Positions 9,541 to 19,560 of a stretch of DNA of 64,000 bases are shown one piece after another (positions within the stretch are counted from its first letter, which is position 1; every line of letters starts with the position of its first letter). Source of the DNA: Bacteriovoracaceae bacterium (GTDB lineage: Bacteria; Bdellovibrionota; Bacteriovoracia; Bacteriovoracales; Bacteriovoracaceae). Location of the stretch: the NCBI GenBank assembly GCA_947441615.1, contig CANEUH010000017.1, positions 10,807 through 74,806 of the forward strand. Reading direction: 5' to 3'. A program made the position numbers and the translations under genes. The notes under the pieces were generated by a model. It was not told the origin of the DNA. It was given only the letters and a program-made list of their open reading frames with translations, and searched no databases.

Positions 9541-11278
9541 AGTTATCTAAATAAGACTTAAGAAGCTTGGCGCGAGAGGGGTGACGTAGCTTACGAAGAG
9601 CTTTGGCCTCAATCTGACGGATACGTTCACGTGTCACAAAGAAATCCTGACCCACTTCTTCAAGTGTATGATCCGATTTCTCTCCGATACCAAATCGCAT
9701 ACGAAGAACTTTCTCCTCTCTTGGAGTGAGAGTTGAAAGAACAGAACGAGTCTGCTCAGATAGAGTCACACTCATCACAGCATCGGCTGGAGAAATGATC
9801 TTCTTATCTTCAATAAAGTCCCCTAAAGATGAATCTTCTTCTTCACCGATTGGTGTTTCTAGAGAGATTGGCTCTTTAGAGATTTTAAAGACTTTCTTCA
9901 CCTTATCAACGGAGAGCTCCATCTTCACAGCAATCTCTTCTGGGGTTGGTTCGCGACCAAGTTCCTGGATGAGTTGTCTTGATGTACGAGCAAGCTTATT
10001 GATTGTCTCAATCATATGAACAGGAATACGGATCGTACGTCCCTGATCGGCAATAGCACGAGTGATCGCCTGACGAATCCACCAAGTAGCATAAGTTGAA
10101 AACTTATAACCACGACGGTACTCGAATTTATCAACGGCTTTCATAAGACCGATGTTTCCTTCTTGGATCAAATCCAAGAATTGAAGACCGCGGTTCGTGT
10201 ATTTTTTTGAAATGGAAACCACAAGACGTAAGTTTGCTTCCACAAGTTGAGACTTCGCTTTATCGGCTTTTTCTTCACCAGTAACAATGATGTTGTAAAC
10301 AGATTGAATGTCTTCAAACGCCATACCCGCATCAATAGCGAGACGACGAAGCTTACGAAGAATATCTTCTTGGGTTCTGATCATCTGCTCGATTTTTGCA
10401 TCTGTCGTGAAAAGGTTACGGGCCAATTCACGCTTAAAGGAATCATCTTCCATTAAACGGTCATAAAGGACCTTATACCCATCATCATCATTCACTTCGA
10501 GAAACTTATAGATACGCTCTTGTTGCTCATAAAGTTCACGGAATTGAAGGTAGTAAGATTTTACTGGCTCAGTAAAAGAGTTAATGATCTTACGGTTAAA
10601 AGTAAGGTCAACAAGTTCTTCACCAACTTTATCCATCATTTTTTGCTCTTCTTTATCGAGCTTCTTCAGAGTTCCGTCTTCATTAACGATTTTAGAAACG
10701 AGATCTTTCACGTGCTCAACAACAGCAAAAATTCTGTCGCGTGTATCGTGAATTTCTTTTTCAGAAGATTCATCATCAAGACCACGAACAAGGTCTTTAA
10801 CGAATTCATTCTGCTCTTCCGCTTGAACTACTTTGTTCTTAAGTTTTACAATCTCTTCAAGAGCATGTTTTGACTTAAGACAAGAGAGAACGATTTCTTT
10901 TTCGCCTTCTTCGATTTCTTTAGCGATTTTAACTTCGCCTTCACGAGTCAGGAGGGCCACAGACCCCATTTTCTTAAGATAAAGTTTAACTGGATCACTG
11001 GAAGAGGCGCGAAGCTCAGCTTCCTCATCAACAGTTAAAGGATCTTCAGCAACTTCAGTGCTGGCCTTGTCTGATTCTTCTTCTTCAAGCTCAGGGGATT
11101 TAACCTGAATTCTTGCTTCCTCAATTTTCTCCATAATTTGGTCAATCGATGCTGGGTCTACGATATTCGCAGGTATGGCATCATTGATTTCTTCTGGAGT
11201 TAGGTAGGTTTGATCCTTACCCTTCATCACGAGACGAGAAAATTCTCGAGAATTTAAAAAGGCAACAACTAGTGACAT
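9539..11278 (-). CDS. rpoD: RNA polymerase primary sigma factor (sigma-70)
   Basis: Region 2 ([63 protein letters not shown]). Region 4 ([30 protein letters not shown]). AGGAGA RBS 5 nt before the ATG. Confidence 0.95.
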   Translation of the reverse strand: MSLVVAFLNSREFSRLVMKGKDQTYLTPEEINDAIPANIVDPASIDQIMEKIEEARIQVKSPELEEEESDKASTEVAEDPLTVDEEAELRASSSDPVKLYLKKMGSVALLTREGEVKIAKEIEEGEKEIVLSCLKSKHALEEIVKLKNKVVQAEEQNEFVKDLVRGLDDESSEKEIHDTRDRIFAVVEHVKDLVSKIVNEDGTLKKLDKEEQKMMDKVGEELVDLTFNRKIINSFTEPVKSYYLQFRELYEQQERIYKFLEVNDDDGYKVLYDRLMEDDSFKRELARNLFTTDAKIEQMIRTQEDILRKLRRLAIDAGMAFEDIQSVYNIIVTGEEKADKAKSQLVEANLRLVVSISKKYTNRGLQFLDLIQEGNIGLMKAVDKFEYRRGYKFSTYATWWIRQAITRAIADQGRTIRIPVHMIETINKLARTSRQLIQELGREPTPEEIAVKMELSVDKVKKVFKISKEPISLETPIGEEEDSSLGDFIEDKKIISPADAVMSVTLSEQTRSVLSTLTPREEKVLRMRFGIGEKSDHTLEEVGQDFFVTRERIRQIEAKALRKLRHPSRAKLLKSYLDN

Positions 11279-11293
11279 AGTATCTCCTAAAAC

Positions 11294-13168
11294 TTAGGGC
11301 ACTGTATTTTTGAGACTTAAAATCTCTTTATCCAGTTTTGAGATTTCACTCAAAATTAAATCAACTTCTTGCTGAGTAGGTGAGGACTTTTGCTTTTCAA
11401 CGAGGTCTTTTCGTCGAATTTTTAGTTGGTCCATCTTCAGCATTAACTGGTAGTCCTTGAGCATTCGTCCAATGACCTTCTCATTATATTTATTTCCGTA
11501 ATTAAACAGGGCCTCTGTTCCTACTTCAATGACTTCTTTGGTGTATCCACCGTACTGAATTTCATCCTGTACGATTGACACATACTCAGCATCATCGATT
11601 TCCAAATAAATTTTAACGAGCCAGTGAATTAGTTTTTTTACCTCAGGATGCCCAATCGTGGCAAGAAATTCGTCTACCTTAAGGTGCGTCAAGAACTCGG
11701 GATGACAAAGAATTTCCTTCAGGACTAGCCTCTCACTTTTAGTCAGAGGTGGTGGAGCAGAGTTCGAAGTAAGTTCTTGCAAGTTTCGGGCCTCTTCCAG
11801 GGATTGCTCCAACTTTTGTTCGACTTCTTCTAGTTTAGGTCTCTCTTCACGGTGGTGAATCTTTTCTTTTTGATGACTTAGAAATTCTTTATAGCTTTCT
11901 AAAATAGTTGCTGGATCACTTCTTAGGCCCAAACTTTTGGCCGCATTGATGATTCTTTCCGTGGCAGCGAGGTGTTCTTTTAGTGGAGCAACGAGTTCAA
12001 ATGCCTTGTGCAGTGTGGCCAGTTTGAGATCCGTGTTTTCTGGAATTTTTTCTGGATAAATTTCTTGGATCAGGACATCTAGATAAATTGGGGCCTTCTC
12101 TAGTCTTTCAATGAGTGCTAGGCGGCCTTCGTTCACTAAAAATTCATCGGGATCTTTGTGAGGATCAAAAGTGATGTACTTCGGAAGCAGTCCAATAGAT
12201 AAAAAATCATTATTAATTCGATGCATGGCCTTTTTACCTGCGGCATCCGAGTCCATGCCGAGAAAAACATTTTTCGTCATGTTTGAAAGAAGACGCACAG
12301 ATTGATCTGAAAGGGCCGTGCCCATGGTTCCAACAGTTTGAAGAAATCCAAACTGATGCATCATGATCACATCCATATTACCCTCAACGATGATCACCTG
12401 ATCATTTTGCCGGATAGTATTTTTTCCAAAGTAAAACCCAAAAAGAATGGAGCCCTTATCAAAGGCAAACGACTCACCAGAATTTAGATACTTTGGATTT
12501 TGGTCAGGAAGGACTGCTCTAGAGCTATAGCCTCGGATTTGACCTGAGTGATCATGGATTGGAAACATCACACGGTCTCGATAAAAATCATAATGTGAAT
12601 CACGATTTTCATTGTACCGAATGATTCCAATTTCTTTTGCCACAGAGCGGGCGAGATTTCCGTCGGCACCCGGAAGCGTATCTAAGTAGTGAAAGAGGGC
12701 ATTATTCCCTGGGGCATAACCAATTTGCCACTTCTCAACCGTCTCCTCAGTCAATTTTCTCTTTTCCAGGAACTCAACATAAGGATTTGGTTTTTGAGCA
12801 GCGACTTTTTTATAAAGCTTTACTGAGGCATTTAGCACTCTAAAGGCCATTTCAATTTTCGGATTTTTTTTCTTATCTTTTTGTTCTTCGAATGGAAGTC
12901 CGAGAATACTTGAAATTTCTTTTAATGCTTCAACAAATTCCAGGCGCTTAAAATTCATCACAAAAGTGATGGCGTCCCCTCCAGCACCACAGACAAAGCA
13001 TTTATACATGCCCTTGGAGTCATTCACTTTTAAAGAGGGTTTTGTATCTGGATGAAAGGGACACAGGGCCTCGAGATTCGAGCCCTTTTTATTCAAGCTA
13101 ATAAAGTTATTGATGACCAACGAGACTGGCGATTCTTTAATCCGCTCTTTTAGTTGCTCGTATGCCAC
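11294..13168 (-). CDS. dnaG: DNA primase
   Basis: Zn-ribbon CPFHPDTKPSLKVNDSKGMYKCFVCGAGGD. TOPRIM block VIIVEGNMDVIMMHQFG ... GMDSDAAGKKA. GTG start with an AAGGAAG RBS. Lies directly upstream of rpoD. Confidence 0.9.
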   Translation of the reverse strand: MAYEQLKERIKESPVSLVINNFISLNKKGSNLEALCPFHPDTKPSLKVNDSKGMYKCFVCGAGGDAITFVMNFKRLEFVEALKEISSILGLPFEEQKDKKKNPKIEMAFRVLNASVKLYKKVAAQKPNPYVEFLEKRKLTEETVEKWQIGYAPGNNALFHYLDTLPGADGNLARSVAKEIGIIRYNENRDSHYDFYRDRVMFPIHDHSGQIRGYSSRAVLPDQNPKYLNSGESFAFDKGSILFGFYFGKNTIRQNDQVIIVEGNMDVIMMHQFGFLQTVGTMGTALSDQSVRLLSNMTKNVFLGMDSDAAGKKAMHRINNDFLSIGLLPKYITFDPHKDPDEFLVNEGRLALIERLEKAPIYLDVLIQEIYPEKIPENTDLKLATLHKAFELVAPLKEHLAATERIINAAKSLGLRSDPATILESYKEFLSHQKEKIHHREERPKLEEVEQKLEQSLEEARNLQELTSNSAPPPLTKSERLVLKEILCHPEFLTHLKVDEFLATIGHPEVKKLIHWLVKIYLEIDDAEYVSIVQDEIQYGGYTKEVIEVGTEALFNYGNKYNEKVIGRMLKDYQLMLKMDQLKIRRKDLVEKQKSSPTQQEVDLILSEISKLDKEILSLKNTVP

Positions 13169-13178
13169 GTTTCTTCCT

Positions 13179-13892
13179 TCAAATTTTTCTAAGAACTAAA
13201 GACTTTATCAGTGTACCTTGAGATAAAAATATTTTTTCAAATTTCGTGGTAAATTGCGAGAGAAAATGTTCTGGATACTCATTTCTTAAGTCTTTGGAAG
13301 TGAGAAGAACCTCAAAACGATTGTCTCCCTCAAGGTGCTTCAACATCCACTCATAATATCCGTCATGGTCGGTTTTCACAAACAGAGTCCCACCTGGTTT
13401 TAAAACTTTGTGACAAGCATTTAAAAATGGTTTTTGAAATAATCTTTTTTTATGATGACGTGTCTTTGGCCACGGGTCTGGAAAAAAATAAAAAACAGAC
13501 TGCACTTCGTTAGCGTCAAACATAAATTCCAATCTCTCCCCGCGGGCCCGTAGATATCGGAAGTTTTTATGTTCTAGTTTATCTAATTTTTTTGCGACAC
13601 TAAAACTTCTTTTAAAGCGATGGTCTAGGCCTATAAAATTCACATCCGGATACTTTTGACTGTACTCCATCATGAATTCGCCGTAACCGGTTCCAATCTC
13701 AACTTCTATTGGTTTGTCGTTTTTGAATAATTGATTCCACTTCCCAACATTGGTTTCGGCTTCTTCGTCACGCAGAACGAAGGTATCAAAAACTTCAAGT
13801 TTGTCGTGGTAAGGATTGTCGTGCGTATATTTAAAATCTGCTCGATAAACAAAGTTATCGTCCATCGTTTTTTTTAATTTTTCGCTTGTCAT
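13179..13892 (-). CDS. trmB: tRNA (guanine46-N7)-methyltransferase
   Basis: EIGTGYGEFMMEYS SAM motif and FFPDPWPKTRHHKKR signature. The start is placed at the ATG at 13892. The track start at 13910 is a TTG codon. Confidence 0.85.
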   Translation of the reverse strand: MTSEKLKKTMDDNFVYRADFKYTHDNPYHDKLEVFDTFVLRDEEAETNVGKWNQLFKNDKPIEVEIGTGYGEFMMEYSQKYPDVNFIGLDHRFKRSFSVAKKLDKLEHKNFRYLRARGERLEFMFDANEVQSVFYFFPDPWPKTRHHKKRLFQKPFLNACHKVLKPGGTLFVKTDHDGYYEWMLKHLEGDNRFEVLLTSKDLRNEYPEHFLSQFTTKFEKIFLSQGTLIKSLVLRKI

Positions 13893-13931
13893 ATTTAGGG
13901 GAAGTAACAAAAAAACACAATGCAGTAAACC

Positions 13932-13961
13932 AAAAAAAAGGCCTCCCCTTTCGGGAAGGCC
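13932..13961 (-). terminator. rho-independent terminator downstream of fliC
   Basis: On the minus strand, GGCCTTCCC-GAAA-GGGGAGGCC is followed by an 8-T run, about 25 nt after the fliC stop. Confidence 0.75.
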
Positions 13962-13984
13962 GTAGTTTGTCAGATTCTAACGGA

Positions 13985-14818
13985 TTAGCCGATCAATTTA
14001 AGAGCAGCTTGAGAACTCATGTTCGCCTGAGCTAGTACCGAAGTACCGGCAGAAGAAATGATCTGGTTACGAGCTTGCTTAGCAGTTTCCTCAGCATAGT
14101 CAACATCACGGATACGGCTATTTGCAGCACTCATGTTTTCAACCGATGTCTGTAAGTTATTCGTTGTCGACACTAATCTGTTTTGGAGTGAACCAAGAAC
14201 AGCGCGCTGACCCGAAACTCTATCGATGGCTGTATCAACGGCTTCAAGGGAACCTTGTGCGCCATCTTTAGAAGCAATCTCTAGAGAACCTACACCAAGC
14301 GATTCAATACCAGAGTTCAGTTGGCCTGCTTCAAAGGCAATACGGTTTTCAAACTCGTCACCTTTTGTACCAACCTGGAACTCGTATTTATCAGCGTCTC
14401 CGTTCAGAAGTTTTTTACCGTTAAACTCAGTCACCTGAGAAATACGTTCCATTTCTGACTTCAACTGTTGATATTCCAAGTTTGCCATTCCTCTTTCCGA
14501 GTCACCCACAGTATCAGAAGACGATTGGATAGCAAGTTCGCGCATACGTACAAGGATGTTTGAAGTTTCGTTCAATCCACCTTCCGCTACTTGAACCATT
14601 GAAATACCATCGTTCGCGTTTCTGCTGGCCTGTTGAGTCGACCTAATCTCAGCCTTTAATTTTTCTGAGATCCCTAATCCTGCAGCATCGTCTGCGGCCT
14701 TAGTAATCCTTGAACCAGATGAAAGTTTCGAGAAACTTTCTTGTGACTCTTTTGTCACCTTGTTCAAAGACGTCTGCGCCTGAAGTGATGCAACGTTCGT
14801 GTTAATTCTGAAACCCAT
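13985..14818 (-). CDS. fliC: flagellin
   Basis: Conserved N-terminus (MGFRINTNVASLQAQ..LSSG.RI..AADDAAGL) and C-terminus (SRIRDVDYAEETA..ILQQAG-like) flagellin blocks. GGAGGG RBS. Confidence 0.9.
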   Translation of the reverse strand: MGFRINTNVASLQAQTSLNKVTKESQESFSKLSSGSRITKAADDAAGLGISEKLKAEIRSTQQASRNANDGISMVQVAEGGLNETSNILVRMRELAIQSSSDTVGDSERGMANLEYQQLKSEMERISQVTEFNGKKLLNGDADKYEFQVGTKGDEFENRIAFEAGQLNSGIESLGVGSLEIASKDGAQGSLEAVDTAIDRVSGQRAVLGSLQNRLVSTTNNLQTSVENMSAANSRIRDVDYAEETAKQARNQIISSAGTSVLAQANMSSQAALKLIG

Positions 14819-15206
14819 AGACTACCCTCCGGTTAAATTCATCCCAACCTCCCAGTCAGATGATGGAGTGTTCAATTTCCATCATTAGGCAACCATGCCA
14901 TTTTTTGTTTTTATGGCCCATCACCATGATGAAGCCCTGTTGACCAAGCTTTTCGGTGGGCTTTTTAAGAACCTGAGGAATTTTTTTCCGTCTTTTAAAG
15001 AAAAATAAACTGATTTATTTACTCGGGAACATGTCAAGTATCTGTAAAACCGTAAACAAGGGATAGGTGCGGTCAACTACTTCGCCTTTGGCAAATGTAA
15101 ATTGATCTTTTTAATTAACGCAAAGTATTAAAGCGTCCTTTTCTCGACGTAAAGTTGAAACTTGAGTACACTTCAAAAAACAATTTTTTCCAGAGAGAAA
15201 ACCCGA

Positions 15207-16319
15207 ATGAAAATACCATTCATTGATATCCTTCGCTTCGAAAACAATTTTTTTGAGACTGTAACAACGAAAACAACTGAACTCATTAAGAATGGACACT
15301 TTGTTGGTGGACCAATTGTTGGACAATTCGAAACTGCGATAAAAGATTATACAAAAACAGCATTTGCTCTTGGTTGTGCGAATGGAACTGATGCTATTCA
15401 AGTTGCACTTAGAGCTGCTGGAGTAGAGAAGAATGATAAAGTTCTTCTTCCTGATATGACTTTTTGGGCAACGTTTGAATCTGTCGTCAATGTTGGGGCC
15501 GTTCCCTATACAATTGATGTCTCAAAAGAAACTCTTCATCTCACACTTGCTTCAGTAAAAGAGGGAGTAGAGAAGTTTAATCCGAAGGCGATTTTACTTG
15601 TGCACCTTTATGGTTGGGCCTGTCCTGAAACAAATGAAATAAGAAAATATTGTAAAGAAAAAGGTGTGCTCTTGATTGAGGACTGCGCGCAAGCAGTGGG
15701 TGTAAAAATTAAGGGCGAGAGTCTTTTTACCAATGCTCACGTAGCCACGACGAGCTTTTATCCAGCGAAGGTTCTCGGAGCGTGCGGTGATGCTGGAGGA
15801 ATTTTTTCTTCTGAGCAAAAAATAGCTGATACAGCAAAAATTTTATTAAACCATGGACGCACTGGTCACTATGATCACGGCATGATTGGTTGGAATTCTC
15901 GTCTTGGGGCTTACGAAGCAAACTTCATGGTGGAATCTTTAAAACATCTTGATGCGAGACTTGAATCTCGTCGTGTCGTTTGTAAGCAGTACCGAGAAAA
16001 AATTAAAAATCCTGCGCTTAATTTTATCGCTCCTCATAGTGATGTTTGGGAAAATGGGTATCTTTCCGTTGCCATTATGACTCCAGAAACTCGCCCAGCT
16101 TTCATTGAGTATCTAAAAGCGAATGATATTGGTTATGGTACAGTTTATCCAGGAGCTATGAGTGCTCAACCTGGAGCAGCTGCGCATTTAGGCGGGAAAA
16201 TTTCTCACGGACATGCTGAATGGATTGCGAAATCAATTATCAATCTTCCATGTTTTGCTTACATGAAGCAGGAAGAAATTGATTATGTTGTAGAAAAAGT
16301 TAATCAGTTTAAGGCTTAG
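15207..16319 (+). CDS. DegT/DnrJ/EryC1/StrS-family PLP-dependent sugar aminotransferase
   Basis: CANGTDAIQVAL, LIEDCAQAVG and the PLP-lysine block TTSFYPAKVLGACGDAG. ATG at 15207. The track start at 15162 adds an implausible leader. Confidence 0.85.
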   Translation: MKIPFIDILRFENNFFETVTTKTTELIKNGHFVGGPIVGQFETAIKDYTKTAFALGCANGTDAIQVALRAAGVEKNDKVLLPDMTFWATFESVVNVGAVPYTIDVSKETLHLTLASVKEGVEKFNPKAILLVHLYGWACPETNEIRKYCKEKGVLLIEDCAQAVGVKIKGESLFTNAHVATTSFYPAKVLGACGDAGGIFSSEQKIADTAKILLNHGRTGHYDHGMIGWNSRLGAYEANFMVESLKHLDARLESRRVVCKQYREKIKNPALNFIAPHSDVWENGYLSVAIMTPETRPAFIEYLKANDIGYGTVYPGAMSAQPGAAAHLGGKISHGHAEWIAKSIINLPCFAYMKQEEIDYVVEKVNQFKA

Positions 16320-16485
16320 GTTTTTTCTTTATCCACTCTTCAAGTATGAGTGCAGCTTTCTTTGCTAATTTAGGATCATTTTGAATCATTTCATTGAGGC
16401 GTTTCATCAACGCCTCAATGGATTTTTTATCTTGGAGAGTCTTATCTTCTTTACTGGTTTCCCAAATAATTTTTGGCGCACCCAT
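16309..16485 (-). CDS. small hypothetical protein (58 aa, below the track cutoff)
   Basis: Hand translation gives MGAPKIIWETSKEDKTLQDKKSIEALMKRLNEMIQNDPKLAKKAALILEEWIKKKPKP. It starts 7 nt after the stop of the upstream 84-aa ORF on the same strand. There is no family evidence. Confidence 0.3.
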   Translation of the reverse strand: MGAPKIIWETSKEDKTLQDKKSIEALMKRLNEMIQNDPKLAKKAALILEEWIKKKPKP

Positions 16486-16491
16486 AAAAAA

Positions 16492-16746
16492 TTAAGCAGC
16501 AGCTTCAGGGTTACGGCGCTTATGTGATGCAACTTTTGTCATGTGCTCTTCGATAATTTCATAAAGTTCAAGTTTCGTAGATTTTGGATCCATACCATTT
16601 GGCATCACAGAATAAACTACTTCATTATTTACTTCAGAAAAAATAAACCATGTGTTCCCGATCTTTTGGAAAAGAACATCTTTCACATTGTTTTTTACTG
16701 TGTTTGTTTTTGAATTAGTGTTTTTTGAATTTTTCGAAGTTGTCAT
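16492..16746 (-). CDS. hypothetical small protein
   Basis: 84-aa ORF with an ATG start and a Lys/Asn/Thr-rich N-terminus. No recognisable motif. Confidence 0.45.
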   Translation of the reverse strand: MTTSKNSKNTNSKTNTVKNNVKDVLFQKIGNTWFIFSEVNNEVVYSVMPNGMDPKSTKLELYEIIEEHMTKVASHKRRNPEAAA

Positions 16747-16879
16747 AAACCCTCCATGGTTTTTCAGGTGAACTTACTTCCTGTAAGTCCCTTTGATTAA
16801 CTTCTCGGATGGGTTTGTAAAAACTTTAGTCATCTTGAAAAAAAAGTGAAAATTTTTTTTTCAAATATTCCTGATCGTT

Positions 16880-17974
16880 CTAGTATGCGACTTGAAGGCC
16901 TGCATACCCGCCCAACGTGAATGTTGTCCTTGTAGTAAATTTATCATCTCCACGACTCTGCCACCAAGTTGGGTTTTTTCCGGCATTTTTCGCCCGGAAA
17001 ATTGTTGCCGATCCAACCTCTAAGGAAGTGCCTAAAACGAAGTCTAGATCCTGTGAGATGCTTTTACGGTGGTACTGGATAGCGAGCTTTGAAAGAAGGG
17101 AGTTTCCAGCATATTCGCGATTATCGATATTGCTGCCTAGGTTTTGGTTGATATAAAGGCGATCAAAAAGATTGACTATAAAAGTACCTGAGAGATTTAT
17201 TCTATTTTTTTCTCCCTTGTAGGCATCGTAGCTAATAGTGGGGCCAATCCCAAGCTTGATTCCCTTTTCCTCAGAAGTTCTTAGATCATAAAAAGTATAA
17301 GTATTACTGTAATACCTAAACCCAAACGTACCGCCGATAAAGAGTCTCTGCTCATACTTACCCGGTGCTTGCTTAAGGAGAGTGTAATTAAAATCAACTG
17401 GGCTACTGTAACCCTTGGTTCTCACCTGATTCGGATAATCATAACTTTCAAAATTTGGTTGAGTCAGACCCAAAAGAAACTGGCCCCTAAGTCCAGAGAC
17501 CCAGGGAAGGGGATAATTTCTTGGCAGGGGTTCTTCAAGTCTATAATCCGTTGGGTCTTTAGTTAAAATGGTCTGTTCATTTTCCCTAGTATCGTTGAAG
17601 TAAACATAGATGTGTTTTGAAATGACGTAAGAAATATTTCCCAACCGATCAATAACCGGGATGAACTCATCTTCAAGGCCGAAGGTATTTTCTTCTTCTC
17701 CTCTAAAAAGAGGATCTTTTTTGTAGTCGATACTATTTCTAAATGAGCCTTGGACTTCTTTGTATTTTTCTATCGGTGGAGCATATTGATTCATTCCTCT
17801 GTCGTTCGCAACAGAGGGATGAATCCGAATGATTTCACCCTTTCTTAAATACTGAACAACCTTGGCATCATAACTTCGCTCCTGAAGGATAGGGGTTTCA
17901 AGAACTGTAACGACGGCGTCAAGAGCATAGACTTCGGGAATAAAGATGATGAATAAGAAAATGAGACTTCTCAT
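16880..17974 (-). CDS. hypothetical outer-membrane beta-barrel-like protein
   Basis: Signal peptide MRSLIFLFIIFIPEVYA. Alternating aromatic/Gly-rich C-terminal half ending GLQVAY, a terminal-aromatic OMP beta-signal. 4-nt overlap with the upstream gene. Confidence 0.6.
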   Translation of the reverse strand: MRSLIFLFIIFIPEVYALDAVVTVLETPILQERSYDAKVVQYLRKGEIIRIHPSVANDRGMNQYAPPIEKYKEVQGSFRNSIDYKKDPLFRGEEENTFGLEDEFIPVIDRLGNISYVISKHIYVYFNDTRENEQTILTKDPTDYRLEEPLPRNYPLPWVSGLRGQFLLGLTQPNFESYDYPNQVRTKGYSSPVDFNYTLLKQAPGKYEQRLFIGGTFGFRYYSNTYTFYDLRTSEEKGIKLGIGPTISYDAYKGEKNRINLSGTFIVNLFDRLYINQNLGSNIDNREYAGNSLLSKLAIQYHRKSISQDLDFVLGTSLEVGSATIFRAKNAGKNPTWWQSRGDDKFTTRTTFTLGGYAGLQVAY

Positions 17975-18981
17975 TGAAACACCTGAGATATGGAGAACCC
18001 GTAAGATTGGTTGATGGCATTACTGGCCTTTAAATTCACATTCACTTTTTGGTCAACGATACTAAGCCACTGCGATTGAGAATAAAATCCCAACACAAAT
18101 TCACCCCAATCATTTTTAAAGGGTCGCTCCATTGAGACGAGAAGATCTGTCGAATTAAATTTAAAGGAGCCATTCCCGTAAATAGTTTCGGCATTCGCTT
18201 TGGCAAACGGGCCAATTCTCAGCTGAGTTTGAAATCGCAAAGGAGAACCAAAAAAATCAAAATCTTTCGTTTTTAGTTGGGGACCAAACGAAGTAGAGGA
18301 GTAAAAAACATTCCCTCCAGCTTGAAGCGGATAAGAAGCTTTTTCATAATGAACGACAACACCGGCCTTAATGGGGAGGTTCCAATCCGTAAAAAGTTGA
18401 ATCCCATACTGATTACTCGTACCATTAAGTGCCCTTTTGTCTTCAAAAAGGTCCTTCATGTACTGCCCCTGAACAAGACCGACATAGTAGCTAAACTCTG
18501 GAACAACTTTCAACTTCCGATCGTAAACAGTTTTAACTAAATTATTGGGAGCAGGCGTATACTTATCAGGTGGAACGTACATCGTGAGTTCATTTTTCAG
18601 TGGATCAATAAAACGACTGGGAACCTTCCAAGTGACTGACCCATCTTTATTTTGAAGATATTTAAAGCCTTTTTCATCTTCAACAGAAAAATATTTCACA
18701 TACTTCATTTCAGCATTTTTCTGTATCTCATTGGTTTCGATATTTCGAACGGAGCTGCCTTTTTTTAAAGCCCCGTATTGAACTTCACTCTTTTGAATTT
18801 CTTCCATTGAAACAATGTAATAAGGAGGCGTGAAACGGCGATTTTGTCTTTGGTACTTGATCTCTTCGTCAGATTGCTTTTCTGTCGTATAATCAGGCAA
18901 TTTATTTTCAAGCTCATTAATGGCGGATAAATCTGTCGCAGCAAAGAGAGGAGAGATTAAAAATAAAAAGGGAAGGATCAT
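17971..18981 (-). CDS. hypothetical secreted/outer-membrane protein
   Basis: Signal peptide MILPFLFLISPLFA. Beta-strand-like C-terminal half. Translationally coupled to its neighbours by 4-nt overlaps on both sides. Confidence 0.6.
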   Translation of the reverse strand: MILPFLFLISPLFAATDLSAINELENKLPDYTTEKQSDEEIKYQRQNRRFTPPYYIVSMEEIQKSEVQYGALKKGSSVRNIETNEIQKNAEMKYVKYFSVEDEKGFKYLQNKDGSVTWKVPSRFIDPLKNELTMYVPPDKYTPAPNNLVKTVYDRKLKVVPEFSYYVGLVQGQYMKDLFEDKRALNGTSNQYGIQLFTDWNLPIKAGVVVHYEKASYPLQAGGNVFYSSTSFGPQLKTKDFDFFGSPLRFQTQLRIGPFAKANAETIYGNGSFKFNSTDLLVSMERPFKNDWGEFVLGFYSQSQWLSIVDQKVNVNLKASNAINQSYGFSISQVFQ

Positions 18982-19427
18982 TGGCCTCCCCAGTGCCTTA
19001 GGATATTTGAAGCTTTTTCAAGAGTTTCAAAGTTTGAAAGATACTTCACACTATCGCGATCAATGTCGTTAAGAGAAACCCATTTAAAATCATCATGCTC
19101 ATGAGGATCAATTTTAATATTCCATTTTTGATCCAGGATGATAAGAAAACATTCTTCGTGGACTTTTCTGTCTCGGCCATCAGTGAAATCGAACGAGAGG
19201 CCCAGCCCCATCATATCGACGATATGAGTGATATCAAGATTGGTCTCTTCAATGGCCTCTCTGAGACCACCTTCTTCGATCGTTTCACCTTCTTCTATTT
19301 TTCCTGTGACATTTTGCCAGAAGGAGCCGCGCCGTTCGTTGGTGCGAAGAAGTAAAAAATCAAATGAATGACTAGCCTCGTCAATGACTGCCAGAACAAC
19401 CTGAGCTTTTTTAGTTTTATTCCCCAT
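18978..19427 (-). CDS. NUDIX hydrolase
   Basis: Nudix box GKIEEGETIEEGGLREAIEETNL, matching GX5EX7REUXEEXGU. Confidence 0.8.
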   Translation of the reverse strand: MGNKTKKAQVVLAVIDEASHSFDFLLLRTNERRGSFWQNVTGKIEEGETIEEGGLREAIEETNLDITHIVDMMGLGLSFDFTDGRDRKVHEECFLIILDQKWNIKIDPHEHDDFKWVSLNDIDRDSVKYLSNFETLEKASNILRHWGGQ

Positions 19428-19560
19428 AATTTATTATGAGCGACAAGATCAGGAATGTCCAAAATCTCGATTGGAATTTTAATAGCTTTGCTCTGCGTAG
19501 TGGAGTTAAAAGCTCAACTTATAAATTGCGTCATATGCCGCGATTTGATATGAATGATGC

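Noticed and set aside
9726-10873. Several 69-117-aa plus-strand ORFs inside rpoD, with similar antisense ORFs inside dnaG, the SNF2, RND, ATPase and permease genes
   Set aside because: They lie antisense to strongly supported conserved genes and have skewed low-complexity composition. They are typical shadow ORFs.
14819-15000. Sigma-28 (TAAA-N15-GCCGATAA) promoter for fliC
   Set aside because: The best candidate on the minus strand (TCAGGTTC-N11-CACCGAAA around 14950-14976) matches the consensus poorly, so I do not report it as a feature.
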